In this document: one piece after another, positions 13,051 to 25,672 of the stretch | Position numbering within the stretch: the stretch's first letter is position 1 | Layout of the letters: every line of letters starts with the position of its first letter | The notes under the pieces: model-generated | The model's input: only the letters and a program-made list of their open reading frames with translations | Databases searched by the model: none | What the model was told of the DNA's origin: nothing | Position numbers and translations under genes: made by a program | Assembly (NCBI RefSeq): GCF_006345805.1 | Contig: NW_021835067.1 | Span: forward strand, 1-43,692 | DNA: 43,692 nucleotides | Direction of reading: 5' to 3' | Origin: Octopus sinensis | Taxonomy: Eukaryota

Positions 13051-14094
13051 GTTTTGTTCCATGTCTGCTACGATCAAAGATATCGCAGTCGTGACCATTC
13101 CATTTTTTTTTTTGGGTATTTGTTATTTGTTATCTTTTTTTCATTCAGATAATTTGTATCTAGGACAACATTATCCAATTATTCAACGAACCGTTCCTTT
13201 ATTCTAAAATGGTAACCTATAATATCAAGTAAATATTTGACTGCTATTTCCAGCATAATTAAAACTTAGCACGTGGAGATTCTTTCTTTGTGCCTATTGG
13301 CAAACAGTCAATATTGAGTTCTCCATACATATCTGTATGATCTTAATGTCAATGTAGTGAGGGCATGTATGCGTGTGTGTGCGTGTGTGTATGTGTGTGT
13401 GTGTGTGTATGTGTGTGTGTGCGTGTACTTATTTGAGCTTGCGTGCTTTGCAACAGCAAGACATAGTTTGGCGTTGACCTGCTAAGTGGAAAGATATTGA
13501 TGTATGTGTGTGTGTATGTGCGTGTGTGTATGTATGTGTGTATGTGCGCGTGTGTCCGATGATGACTTAGGCAGCCGGAAGTTCGAGGTCTCTGTCAACA
13601 ATGTTATTGTAAAAAACTTGTATAAAGTATAAAAATCTAAAGTATAGAAAAACCCATCAAATCAACGTGAAATTGTTTTATTATAACTGAATAACACACA
13701 AAAAATTATGCACACACACACACACACGCGCGCTCACACATATGTATATATACATATGGTAGTAATTTGCGGTCACAGTCAGTTCAACTTGTCATGCTAC
13801 CAAAATTAACGGATATTATCACGTGCTCTTGCAGGAAAAAAGAAAGTAAACTATGAGCGTTAATCTTAATTTTAATTTTAGTTTAATTTTATTAATATTT
13901 CTTTTCTCTTTACATATTCCATTTTAGTATATATTTTTCATAAGGTTTTTCAAAAACCGAAACGTAAAATGAAAATTAAAATGTACCCAATTGTAAGAAA
14001 GTTGCATTTTCGTTCTTGTTTTTCATAAATATCTACTTTCTCGTGTGTTACCTCTACACACCTTTTCATATATATATATATATATATTATATAT

Positions 14095-14589
14095 AATGAT
14101 AAATCTCAGAGCGAGTTATCTACAGTAGCGGTAACACATCGTGACGCATATTTGCCATTTGAATATGGCTAACCCCTAAGGGTGGATGCTACTGTAGTTT
14201 GAAGATATCTCCTCCAGCTGGCTATAGACACACTATCTGTGTCCTCTCAGTATTTGTGAAGGGAAGACATCCTCCCCGTCTTCAACTCATGATACACACG
14301 GACTCGAGTTTCAAGGTGTTTACCTCTCATCAGCGTGTGACAATCATGGTTGTCGACGAGAAGTCAGCTCCCTTCACAAATACATATACTTTTTCCAGTG
14401 TCGATTGACACTGATATTGAAAAAGTGAAATCAAACAATGATAAATCTCAGAGCGAGTTATAAACAGTAGCGGTAACACATCGTGACGGATATTTGCCAT
14501 TTGAATATGGCTAACCCCTAAGGATGGATGCTACTGTAGTTTGTAGCCCCAGGAAGATATCTCCTCCAGCTGGCTATAGACACACTATC
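14095..14589 (-). mobile_element. retrozyme-like element A: 1.4 head-to-tail copies of a 342-352 bp HHR-bearing monomer
   Basis: 14095-14237 is repeated at 14437-14589 (342-bp period; the second copy has a 10-nt insert). It contains a canonical HHR, and its 3' end abuts (TA)n. Confidence 0.8.
14283..14352 (-). ncRNA. type I hammerhead ribozyme with canonical core and GUC cleavage site
   Basis: Minus strand: CACACG-CUGAUGA-GAGGU(AAAC)ACCUU-GAA-ACUCGAGU-C-CGUGUG. Stem I extends through an internal loop (CATGAT/ATCATG, CAAC/GTTG). Confidence 0.9.
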
Positions 14590-14857
14590 CCTTTTTTTTA
14601 TTTTTTTATAATTTTCTTCTTATTATTTTTTTAACTATCAAAACGTATTAGAAAGTTTAATATAATATAATAAGTAAAAAGTTTAATATAATATAATAAG
14701 TGAAATTTGATTTAATCCTAAATCTAATTTTTCCCTGTAAGCTTGGATTTACTCCCTAATATTATCATATATATATATATATATAATTTAATAAATAAAA
14801 TTATATGCATACATACATACATATATGTACGTACCTACATCTATATGTATATATACA

Positions 14858-14901
<44 letters not shown>

Positions 14902-14929
14902 ATAGATATATATATATATATATATATAT

Positions 14930-15300
14930 GAGTACAGGACACCACAAACAAACGTAGAACACAACGAGAAACGAAAACATAAAAACAAACTAGGAAACGG
15001 CCTTTTTTAACAACGAAAAAACAGAGTACAAGTCAAACAATACAAGTAATATTCCTCTTCATCAGCTGTCCCTGGTTCGACTCAATGCGTGTTTCGAAGG
15101 TAAGGACAGAACACGATCCGGCCGAAGCAATCCTTCCTGCAAAAGAATTAAATAAGATTCTTTTGTAGAGGGAAAAACAAGGAAAGAAAAAAATGTGACA
15201 AGAACAGGACGTAATAGCAATACAAATAAAAATACAGTACACATAAAGAATAAAAACAGGACAACGAAACCAACATTGAGGGCTTTTTTTAAAGCCTAGA
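14930..15300 (-). mobile_element. unclassified ~0.4-kb element ending TCCTGTACTC-(TA)n, possibly Penelope-derived
   Basis: Shares its 3' end motif and the order GAAA...CTGATGA with 25380-25624. The left boundary is sharp; the right boundary is approximate. Confidence 0.4.
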
Positions 15301-15402
15301 CGATGGCAAAATTCGGAGCGCAAGAAAAAGTCGATGTTCACTTGTAGAAAGCTGCGAGCAAAAGAACGTTGGTAGTCCACTCAGCAGTGAGAGAGATGTG
15401 GA

Positions 15403-15444
<42 letters not shown>

Positions 15445-15890
15445 AATGAAACTAGAAAGGGTGAAAAATAAGAAGAAGAGAGACAGGTAAAGAGGAAGAC
15501 AGACAGGAAGGAAGGTCAAGTAAAGGGTCACAGAGTTCACGTCATAATTATATATAAAAACTTATATATACATATATAAGGAAGAGAGAATGATAGATAA
15601 ATAGATACACAGACAAATGTTAGAGTTTCTTGATTTTTTTTTCTTTTTTTCACGTCTGATAGCTTAGTCTTCTTTCTTAGTCTTTATGCAGAATTGTTTA
15701 TGTATAATCATAGTTAGCAAATTATTTCTTCAACTCTTAACTAAATCCCACTGCATATCATCGAAAGACAATTTCTCATTTCTTCTTTTCTTTTCTTTTT
15801 TTATATTTTGTTAAAGCTTCACATTGACTCATGTTGGAATGAAACAGGCTAAATTTTAAACTGCAGTGAATCATGTCGGATGGATTATAC

Positions 15891-16179
15891 CAGAGCTGTG
15901 AATTCGAAGTCGGTGTCGTGGAGCCGGAGTTGAAAACAATTAAGGGTTTGCTGGAGTCGGAGTAAATAAAACTCTGCTGACTCCGACTCCGACGCACAAT
16001 ATCTTTATTGTTTAATATAAACCAATTATAACATATTGGCCTACTCAAAGTACAAGTGTATGCATATGCTTTATGAGATGTGTAGACCACAATCAATTAC
16101 ATAACGAGGAGTCGGAGGTGCCGATAGTACAGGAGTCAAAGTCTGAGTCAAGGTTTTTTCTTTCGACTCCACAGCCCTG
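15891..16179. mobile_element. hAT-superfamily MITE, 289 bp
   Basis: Termini CAGAGCTGTG...CACAGCCCTG, internal GGAGTC/GACTCC repeats, and a perfect 8-bp TSD GATTATAC at 15883-15890 and 16180-16187. Confidence 0.85.
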
Positions 16180-16339
16180 GATTATACCTATAATTCTGGA
16201 AGATAAGAAGACTGTAGCCTTATTAAACATTGTGTCTCTTTGTTTGGTTCTGGGGATTTTGTTTAGATTATATATGTGTATGGAAGACTCGTAAGGCGGT
16301 GAGAGCTGACAGAATCAACAGCACGCCGAACAAAATGCT

Positions 16340-16500
16340 GAGCTGCATTTCTTCCGGTTCTTTAGGTCCTCGATACAAATCTAGCCGAAGTCAACTTTGT
16401 CTTTTAATCCCTGAGGGTGATAAAATACAGTACCAGTCAAATATTGGGATCGAAGTAAAGAACTAGCCCACCTCTCTAAAATGTCTGCTCTTCTCAGAAA
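16340..16500 (+). mobile_element. degenerate SINE M
   Basis: GTCAACTTTGTCTTTTAATCC...GATAAAATACAGTACCAGTC resembles the M core. Confidence 0.55.
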
Positions 16501-16691
16501 CTTTGAAACAACCCTTACACGGTGCCAGTTTGCCAATTGTCTTGGGAATTGTCTCGGATGGCAAAATGTGAATATCTATCTTTATAGGAGTATCTTATTG
16601 TTTTGTTCGCATTTTACGGAGTGGGTTGTGGTAGGCGCTTATTATGCATTAATTCTTTTTATCTGGTGCTTTTTTTTTTTTTTTTTTTTTT

Positions 16692-16920
16692 TTTTACTTG
16701 TTTCGGTCATTGAAATGTAGTCATGCTAGGGCACCGCTTTGAAATGTTTAGTCGAACACATCACCTGCACTGCATTTGGGGTGGAGTGGGGTGGGGGTTT
16801 GTCTGCTACTTACTCTATCAACCCCTTTTGTCGAACTGCTATGTTACAACGACGTAAAACGAATTAGCGCCGTTTGTCAGACTGGTAAAGAACAAATACA
16901 ACATAAATACAAAGATATCC
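16692..16920 (-). mobile_element. degenerate 3' tail of CORE-type SINE (family C)
   Basis: TTTACTTGTTTCGGTCATTG...CATGCTAGGGCACCGC matches the start of 23144-23531. Confidence 0.55.
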
Positions 16921-17156
16921 ACGTACATATATACAAAATCATAAATACACACACGATACATTACTATACATTACTATATATACGTATATATGCTTACGTA
17001 TCTATCTATATCTATATACACACACACGCACGCACACACAATCACAAACACATACACATATACATTACTATATATACTTATATACGCATTTGTATATATC
17101 TATATATATATACACACACACTCACGCTCACACACACACAAACACATACATACATT

Positions 17157-17195
<39 letters not shown>

Positions 17196-17512
17196 ATATA
17201 TGCATACATATCTGTCTGTCTGCATGCACACAAACACAAACACACACACCAACACACCAATACATACAAACACATGCATTACAACATATACGTATATTTA
17301 CATACATATATATCTATATATGTACACACACATACAAACACACGCATATATATCAAATTCCCAGGATTTTAGAGAATCAGGTATTTAAATAGTGAAAGCA
17401 CCAAGGTAGAGTCGTTGACAGCGTTATTGTGAACAATGTATGACGATAGATACGTACTCACTAAAGTACGCGCAGATTTGTTTTCCAGTTATGCACACAT
17501 TCAAAAACTAAT

Positions 17513-17630
17513 TAAGTCGGTGTCGTGGAGTCAGACTCGGAGTTGAAAATAGTTAAGGAGTAGCTGGAGTCGGACTCGGAGTCGGAATTGGTAAAACTAT
17601 GCCGACTCCGATTACGACTCCAACTCACAA
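17513..17630. mobile_element. internal fragment of the same hAT MITE family
   Basis: AAGTCGGTGTCGTGGAG...GGAGTTGAAAA...TTAAGG is shared with 15907-15995. No termini seen. Confidence 0.7.
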
Positions 17631-17808
17631 TTTCTTTTTGTTTCTTTTGTATATTCGCCTCATCTCGGCCGTTCAAGAATTATTTACTTTCAGCCCATTT
17701 AATTAGACTACACAACGAGTGGTCAAGGCCATACACGGGTACACTCATCGCACCCATTGCACCGCCGCCTATAGACTCAGATCCAAATGTATTCTAGGTT
17801 TCGACACC

Positions 17809-17937
17809 GTATCCGTTCACAAGGCATTGGTTGGCTCGAGGTTACAGTTGAAGACACTTGCCGAAGGTGCCACGCAGTGGATCTGAACCCCAAACCATGT
17901 GGTTGCAAAGAGAGTTTCTTAACTATACAGTTATACC
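17809..17937 (-). mobile_element. CORE-type SINE (family C), head fragment
   Basis: GAAGACACTTGCCGAAGGTGCCACGCAGTGG...AACCATGTGGTTG matches 23440-23500. Confidence 0.75.
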
Positions 17938-18324
17938 TTCCTTTTAGTTTTCTTCGTTTTCTTTTTGTTCGGTTTTTCACTTTTTGTCATTTCGCATCCG
18001 TGCAGGCAAAAATTGCTTTGCTTTTGGAAGGTATATCCAGCGTGGTCTGTTTCCCTTCTTGTTCCTACCTCTCCCTGATCTTTTTACAGAACAAACTAGA
18101 AATCCGTGATCTGTGCAATTAATGAGACTAATAATCTGAATCACGGATACTGCGAACTGAATCTACTTTTTCCGGCGCGGAAGGATTTAAGGGACTAGAA
18201 TATCTAATTAGTTAAGCGAGAATTGGCAGGTGCAATCAATAACAAATTGTGCGTGTCATTAGCACTAGAAAATTAGAGCAGAATTCTTCGTCAATGTTAG
18301 CAGAGAAGAAGTCAGTCAAGCGAT

Positions 18325-19600
18325 TTGGAAGAGCCAAACAGAAATGGCATCGTTTATGATATATTGGTGGCAAGAATGATACTCAACCCCAAGCTGTTTC
18401 TTGGTGCAAAATACAAGGGATGCATTCCTTTTGCTGGGGACGTTTTACCCAAATCTGTTCGTGTGTGTGTTTGGTGCATAGGTACAGTATGGCATTCACA
18501 ACTTGGTCTTTAAGGATGGACCGAATATACACTAACCTATTCTAGGCACTGGTAAGCGGTTTTGCAACATTATTTTACTGAACTGATCGCAAATATCGAC
18601 GGACTGAAGATAATACATTTTGATGGTTTTCTTCGCAGTCTTCTTCGACTCTCTCGGCTGAAGATGGATGAACGACAATACAAGCACAGGATATAAAAGC
18701 GTGTGCGTTTAAAGAGAAAGCGAACGGATGAAAACGGATGATTATATAATAAATAAATTTGCCAGAAGGTGGATTGCAATCTTAGTCCGCTAAAAATGTC
18801 CGTGCATTTTGGAATATTCTAGCACGTAATTGCCAAAGCTCTTCCTTAGTTGTAGTCTTCGAGCGACATGTGTATGGTGAAAGTAATGGTAAAGATTATA
18901 CTCCTGTACTCTCACCAGATTTTCAGAAAATTCATTGGAAGAGGAAACCAGTTGCAACCCAAAGTTTTCTTTCCAATAGAAGTTGAAAGAGGTGGTGGAG
19001 GCTTCATTGGAAAGAAAATTGCCTGGTCTTTGATCTTACTTCTTTCAGCCACTTCCACTACACAGCCTCGTTCGTTCCTTCAACCAAAACAGTAGACAAC
19101 TTCTTGCTCTTTTCCTACCAAAAGGAAATAAAGTGGAGGATCATCGCGATAAAATCCGGCGATAGCTGGGTTCATCATATATGCAACGACAACAACACTT
19201 CTGTCTAATTACACAACTCAGCTATGCTATATAACACCGAAAGACTGCGCGCGGAACGGTTCCGGTGTTCCGAGCGCATCGCATAAAGGTCGCTCTGTAA
19301 GTAAATGTCTGTCTATCATTCTCGATGCTACATCGGGCATCTACGCAGAGAGAGTGGCAGCATGTGAACCGTAAAGCCAGTGGAGTATGTTCCTTTTATA
19401 TGAAGCGAATAATCCAAACTGGTCATGAAAAAACTAGAGCTAATCTTTGATGACCGAGTAGTAATAAATAACAGGGGGCGATATGCATGTCCGCCTCATC
19501 TCGGCCGTTCAAGAATTATTTACTTTCAGCCCATTTCTGCACACCACTGCTCCAAAGTACCACCCAGTTCCTATCTAATTGGAAGGTTGGAATGAGCCAG
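18325..19600 (+). pseudogene. possible heavily decayed LRR (TLR-like ectodomain) gene remnant
   Basis: By-eye motifs: LPKSVRVCVW; IIHFDGFLRSLLRLSRLKMDE; FFQPLPLHSLVRSFNQ; LRRCT-like VPFI*SE*...YACPPHLGRSRIIYFQPISAHHC. Many stops and frameshifts; may be chance. Confidence 0.25.
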
Positions 19601-20329
19601 ATGCGGAGTAATATAATCTGTCCGTTTATCCAGTACCTCCCGATGCTGATTTATGACACAAATATAAAATGAGGAGTCAAAGAAGATAAAAACATAAAAG
19701 GCTTGTCTCCCTTTTTACCCAATCCTGATACACATATTTCTTAAAGCCAAATCTTGTTCCGGCGGATTATGTTACCCTGATTAAGATGTTGAATATTTGG
19801 ATTTCTACTCAGACCAGCACTAATCTAGTGCTTATCTCTACTCTACGCTTATGATACCGTCTTCTCATCCCTTCAATATCTGTGTGTTTTTGTGTGAGGG
19901 TTGTGTGTGAAGGTCAATGCTACAGCATAGACACAAATGATGGGATGGAAGAGGGAAACGGGTAAATATAAAAGTATAGACACGTGAGCACGCACACATA
20001 CACGCACATCCTCCATCTCCCTTTCTGTGTCTCTGTCTGTCAATCTGTCTGTTTCTCTCTCTCTCTCTCACTTTGTCTCTATTTATCTATCTATCTATCT
20101 CATACACACACACACGCACATACACGCAAACACATACACACACATAGCATTTATATGTTTTTTTTTATGTAGTTTAGAATGTGGGTTAAGCAAAGTCGAA
20201 AATCAGGTCCCCACTAACACATCAATACTTATGATAGCACAAATACCTACGTAATACATACATATCATTAAACACACACACACACATAAGGTATGCATAC
20301 GCTTCTTCATGCATCAGTCATACAAATAT

Positions 20330-20590
20330 ATTCATATGTACATATATACATACTTAAAGACATATACATAAGTATAATAAAGAGAAAGGTAAAAAGCTGG
20401 ACTGAGAGTCAGAACGGAAATACAGGCAGACAAAAAGATGGAGATATACAAAGTTTTTAATGAATATGTCCACGAGGATACATCAATAATGTTTTCGGTC
20501 TCTGTTATGGCTCGGGGCATATATGAAGATTCTATGTAAATAAACAACCGAGCGAACAAAAAATATATACATACATATATACAGACATGC

Positions 20591-20672
<82 letters not shown>

Positions 20673-20752
20673 GCATACATATCTATGCTATGTATTCATA
20701 CGTGTGTTTGCATGTATTTGTTTGTGTACGTATGCATATGAATATACATACA

Positions 20753-20796
<44 letters not shown>

Positions 20797-21132
20797 CTAT
20801 ATATATATATATATATGTATATATAGATATATAATAATATAATAATATAATAATAATATAGATATATATATATATAATATATATATATTATATATATATA
20901 TATATATTATATATCTATATATATATATATATATACATATATATTATATATATATATATATATCTATACATATATATACATATACATATACATATATACA
21001 TAAATATACATATTTATACATACTATTTCTGTCTATGTGTTTGTATAAAAACTACCCCAAAATAACTTTACGAAAAAAAATATATCATTATTGTCATTAT
21101 TATATTATATTATATTATTATTATTATTATTA

Positions 21133-21203
<71 letters not shown>

Positions 21204-21230
21204 TATTATTATTATTATCATCACCGATTA
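20330..21230. repeat. (TA)n/(CA)n/(TTA)n microsatellite-rich block
   Basis: Read directly. Confidence 0.9.
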
Positions 21231-21620
21231 TATTTTGGCATATATGTTAGACAACTAGAGATAAGTTTTGTTCTTTTCAAATCATCATCGGCGAACTATG
21301 ATTACCGTAGTCCTGGAATAATGAAGGACGAATGAATTAACTGAAATTTGAATGGTTTACAGAAGAAATTTCTCGGCGATGTCCTTGGCCAGAACATTAA
21401 TTGTTTATTCATTTGTTAATGTATGAGATGCATATTATATTAACTAGGAATAAGAGTATACGTAATAATAATTGTTTAACAATACTATGTAAAGTAATTT
21501 GCTATGTATATATACATATGTGTGTCTTTGTATATATATATATATATATATATAAAGGTGTATACATACATACATGTATATGTATATATTTATGTATGTA
21601 TCTATGTATGTATATATATT

Positions 21621-22599
21621 ATACTTTCTGAGGTACCCGGTAATACACGGGAGTGGGGATATTCCCAGTTCCCATAACAATGCCTAGTTTCTCTCAGACG
21701 GAAAATGAAATCAAGACGGATAATAGAAGGCATAAGCAAATTCATTCACTAAACAATAATACAAATAAATACGTGTGGAATCGGAAAAAGACAATTGTTT
21801 GATCAGGTAAGAGAAAAGCTGAAAATATATGATCAATGGAAACACGAAGAAGGGAATTGTAAAGGAGTGCTATGAAAAAAAAAGAGCATAAAAGTTTGAA
21901 AATTAAAGAAAATATTATTTAGAGAAAAGGCGCTTTATTTGACGACTGTGTTTCATGGGTACAGTTCCACTGATCGTGAGAATGAAATATCGATCGCAAC
22001 GGTTAGAACCAGCAATTTTAAGTGCAGGTGTTAAGAAAATACATGTTACATGTTTTAGAACACAACGTTGCAACGTTTAGAATTAATAATTTTAACTGCA
22101 GGCGCTAAGAATATACATGTTATAGCAACCTAAGAATGTTGAAATAATTTATGAATATTTTAAACCCACAATAATTTAGGCCAAATTTCGTTAATCAGTT
22201 AATCAAAGATCATCATGCGCCTCGCTTGAGTGGCCTAGTTAACATTGTTTTTGTCTTAACACATTCTTAGCATATTTTCCATCTGTGTATAAATTTTCAA
22301 GAAAATCGGTTGTAAACTTTAAAAGTTTTGGCAGAAAATAACATTCATATGAGAATTTGCATTGTAATGTTCTACTGATTTTTGAAAAATCGAGGCCCAC
22401 GTGAGAATATCCCCTGTCTGAAAAAGTCCTACTGATTTTTGAAAATTCAATGCAGATTAAAAATTATTGACTTTTTTTAAACTCCAAGTGCACAAGTCCC
22501 ACACACGCGTCAAGTTTCATCAAGATCGGTTGGACAGTCTCGGAGGAGTTAAATTAACAAATTCACAAACACCACCAGCCGATAACAGAGATTACCATT

Positions 22600-22600
<1 letters not shown>
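21621..22600 (+). mobile_element. non-autonomous Helentron/DINE-1-like element, ~1 kb
   Basis: Subterminal palindrome CCCG...CGGG at 21636-21651, internal ~75-bp tandem duplication near 21996-22125, 3' motif CAAGTTTCATCAAGATCGGTTG...GGAGGAGTT, and T/(TA)n ends. Confidence 0.5.
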
Positions 22601-22666
<66 letters not shown>

Positions 22667-23143
22667 GGTATGTGTATGTATATAGACAAACATATGCTAG
22701 AAGTAGATCACATACGATCTAACTACCAAGAAAGAATGTACTCTAGAGAAAATTCAGCGAACACCAGAACATAGGCGGACAAGACATGAAAATTATATAA
22801 AAATCAAGAATTAATCGTATACCGGTTTCGTCTATCACCTAATAAATTACTTACGCAATCCACCGTCCGTAAATGGCTGTCCACGTTGTGGTATTCTAGC
22901 CCTAAAATATACACATGTATTAGAATTTTCTCTAATAAACTTAATAGTCGTTAGTAAATGACAACAAAGCAACAATAGAATGTAAAGGATATTTTATGTA
23001 AAGTAAAAAGAATGTCAAGATCATTTATAATTTTAAAAATTATTGTTATAATTGCTCTCTGAATCTCTCTCACTCGCACCAGACTCGCGCACACCATATC
23101 TTGTTGACGCAATCGTCGATTCACAAGCGCTCGTAGACAGACT

Positions 23144-23531
23144 TACTCTTTTACTTGTTTCAGTCATTTGACTGTGGCCATGCTGGTGCACCGCCTTTAT
23201 TCGAGCAAATCGACGCTAGGACTTATTTTTTGTAAGTCTAGTACTTATTCTATCGGTCTCTTTTGCCGAACCGCTAAGTTACGGGGACGTAGACACACCA
23301 GTATCGGTTGTCACGCGATGCTGTGGGGACAAGCACAGACACTCAAACAAATACACATATACATATATGCGACGGGCTTCTTTCAGTTTCCGTCTACCAA
23401 ATGCACTCACAAGGTTTTGGTTGGCCCGAGGCTATAGTAGAAGACAATTGCCCAAGGTGCCATACAGTGGGACTGAACTCGGAACCATGTGGTTGGTAAC
23501 CAAGCTACTTACCACACAACCACTTCTACGC
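23144..23531 (-). mobile_element. near full-length CORE-type tRNA SINE (family C)
   Basis: Minus strand: tRNA-like head (GTGGTAAGTAGC..., GAGTTCAGTCCC), CORE-like GCACCTTGGGCAATTGTCTT, internal (TA/TG)n, and a tail ending AAACAAGTAAAAGAGTA. Confidence 0.85.
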
Positions 23532-24236
23532 ATATGTAGACTTGTAGATTTCTTTTTAAAAACATGTCTAGAGTTGTTTGCTTAGAAGAAGCTATTTTCG
23601 TTCTCTATAAATTTCTCGGAAACACGTAGAAGCATTTGTTATCGTAGAAGAAACTTCTGCACTCCGTTCAAAATTTTGATCTTTATATTCATTATAAAAC
23701 AAAACTCGTAAAACGGGTGTCTAATAAAGTGAGTCCTCGTACAGTGAGATATTACTCTGTGTATGTGTGCGTGTGTGTGTTTATATATATACATGTATGT
23801 ATGTATGTATATATATATATATATATATATATACATACACATATTCGTTTTGGGATCATCAGTACTTTATTATCTCCCCTTCTTTCTAGCCCTCCTGTGA
23901 AACTTTTTTCTCCTAACCAGTCCCCATGTTTAATAACTAAAGCCACATGTTTCTTTACTTTCTCTCTATTTATGTTCTCTTACTCCTTTCCGTTGAAGAG
24001 CGCAGGCTCGAAGCGAAAAAGACTTTCTCCTTTTCCCGAGCGTCAAACTAATATACCTGTTTGTTGTTCAAACTCCTATCTACGTCTTTTTTCTGTACAT
24101 TATATATTTATGAATTATTATTATTATTATATAAATATATATATGAAATTTGTTTACGGTAAATGTCCTGAATATGCAACGTGCGTAGCGATATATTAAA
24201 TGTTTATAAATTCGATCCAAGGGTTATTGTTGTTAG

Positions 24237-24311
<75 letters not shown>

Positions 24312-24811
24312 AAACAGGGTTAGCGATTATAGTAACCGACTTTGTATTAATAAAAAAGTTATATATGTGTGGTCCAATCGATTTGTAGGTTAATCTGGGG
24401 TTTTTTCCATTTTCTAATTCTGATATATATATATATATTATATATATATATATATTATATATATATATATATATATCGTTGGTATTATGCAAAACTGTTG
24501 TAAGTCCAAAACGTTGATTTTTCAAAAAACGGGAAACTAGTTTCACCATTCCATAGAAAAACCGTTCTACTATACTTTGACAATTTTGATATCTCAACAG
24601 CCGAAGTAACTGGAGATACGATAGCTTGGCCAAAAGAACCGGCTATTACAAGCAAAAATATATACTGAAAAAAACGTTTTGGGCCAAATTTGGGCATACG
24701 ACAGTCTACTATAATAAGGAACGTTATATATATGTGTGTGCGTGTGTGTGTGTGTGTGTGAGTGAGTGTTTGTACATGTGTGTGTTTTTGTGCGTGCGTG
24801 TGTGTGTGTTA

Positions 24812-24911
24812 CTGTGTTTAATTGTCCTGTTCTCCATTTTTCTATCGTTATTTGCGTATTTAACTCGTTTGTTTTCGTATTTCATGTTTACACAGTTGGT
24901 GACGTCCTGTA

Positions 24912-24954
<43 letters not shown>

Positions 24955-25624
24955 CTTATATTACTTATATTATTATTTAATTGAATGCCACGCTTCCATT
25001 TCCAAGTAAGTTTACCTTAAACGTTTTGATTCGACTCTACTCTTTACTGTTTTCTTCCTCCATCCTTCTCTAATTCCCTTTTTCTCCCTTTTCACCGTTT
25101 TCTATCTGTCTCTCCCTACCTCTTTCTCATTTTCTCTCTTGTTGCTCACACGTGACCATCGTCCATCTTTCTTTCCCTCACGTGGCCATCTTTCTCTTCC
25201 TGCACGGACGTTCAAACGACTGGATATCATCTTTGTCTGTTCTATCTTCTCTTTTCAAAATTAAAAACATTTCTCCCAGCGTTCATTATTTTCCTCTCGT
25301 TCTAGTCGTCTATCAACCCTCCGTGTTTTTTTTTGTGTTTTTGTTCGGTTTCCTTTTTATGCCTCTACTGTTTTGTTTTTGGTCCCAGCTTTGACCCTCC
25401 ATAAATCCTAAATTCTATTTTATGAGAGCAACTGTTTTTGAGGATCCATATTGTCGTTGAATGCTCGAAATGAGGAGTAGATAGACAGCCGACAACTGAT
25501 GAACGATCGTTCTCTGTGTTTACCTATCCTGTTCTCCATTTATTTTTTCTCTCGTTATTTACGTATTTAACTCGTTTGTTTTCGTATTTCATGTTGTTTA
25601 CGCAGTTAATGACCTCCTGTACTC
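24812..25624 (+). repeat. two copies of a ~105-bp tail (24812-24914 and 25514-25624) of an unclassified element
   Basis: Shared CGTATTTAACTCGTTTGTTTTCGTATTTCATG; each copy ends TCCTGTA(A/C)TC before a microsatellite. Confidence 0.7.
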
Positions 25625-25640
25625 GTATATGAATATATGT

Positions 25641-25672
<32 letters not shown>

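Noticed and set aside
13555-13600. CCGATGA...GGAA...GTC hammerhead-like string
   Set aside because: GAAA is mutated, stem II is mismatched and stem I cannot pair; at most a dead relic.
18600-18670. Two CTGAAGA motifs here, also one at 859 and CTGAGGA on the minus strand near 37552
   Set aside because: No flanking stems or GAAA in register; expected by chance.
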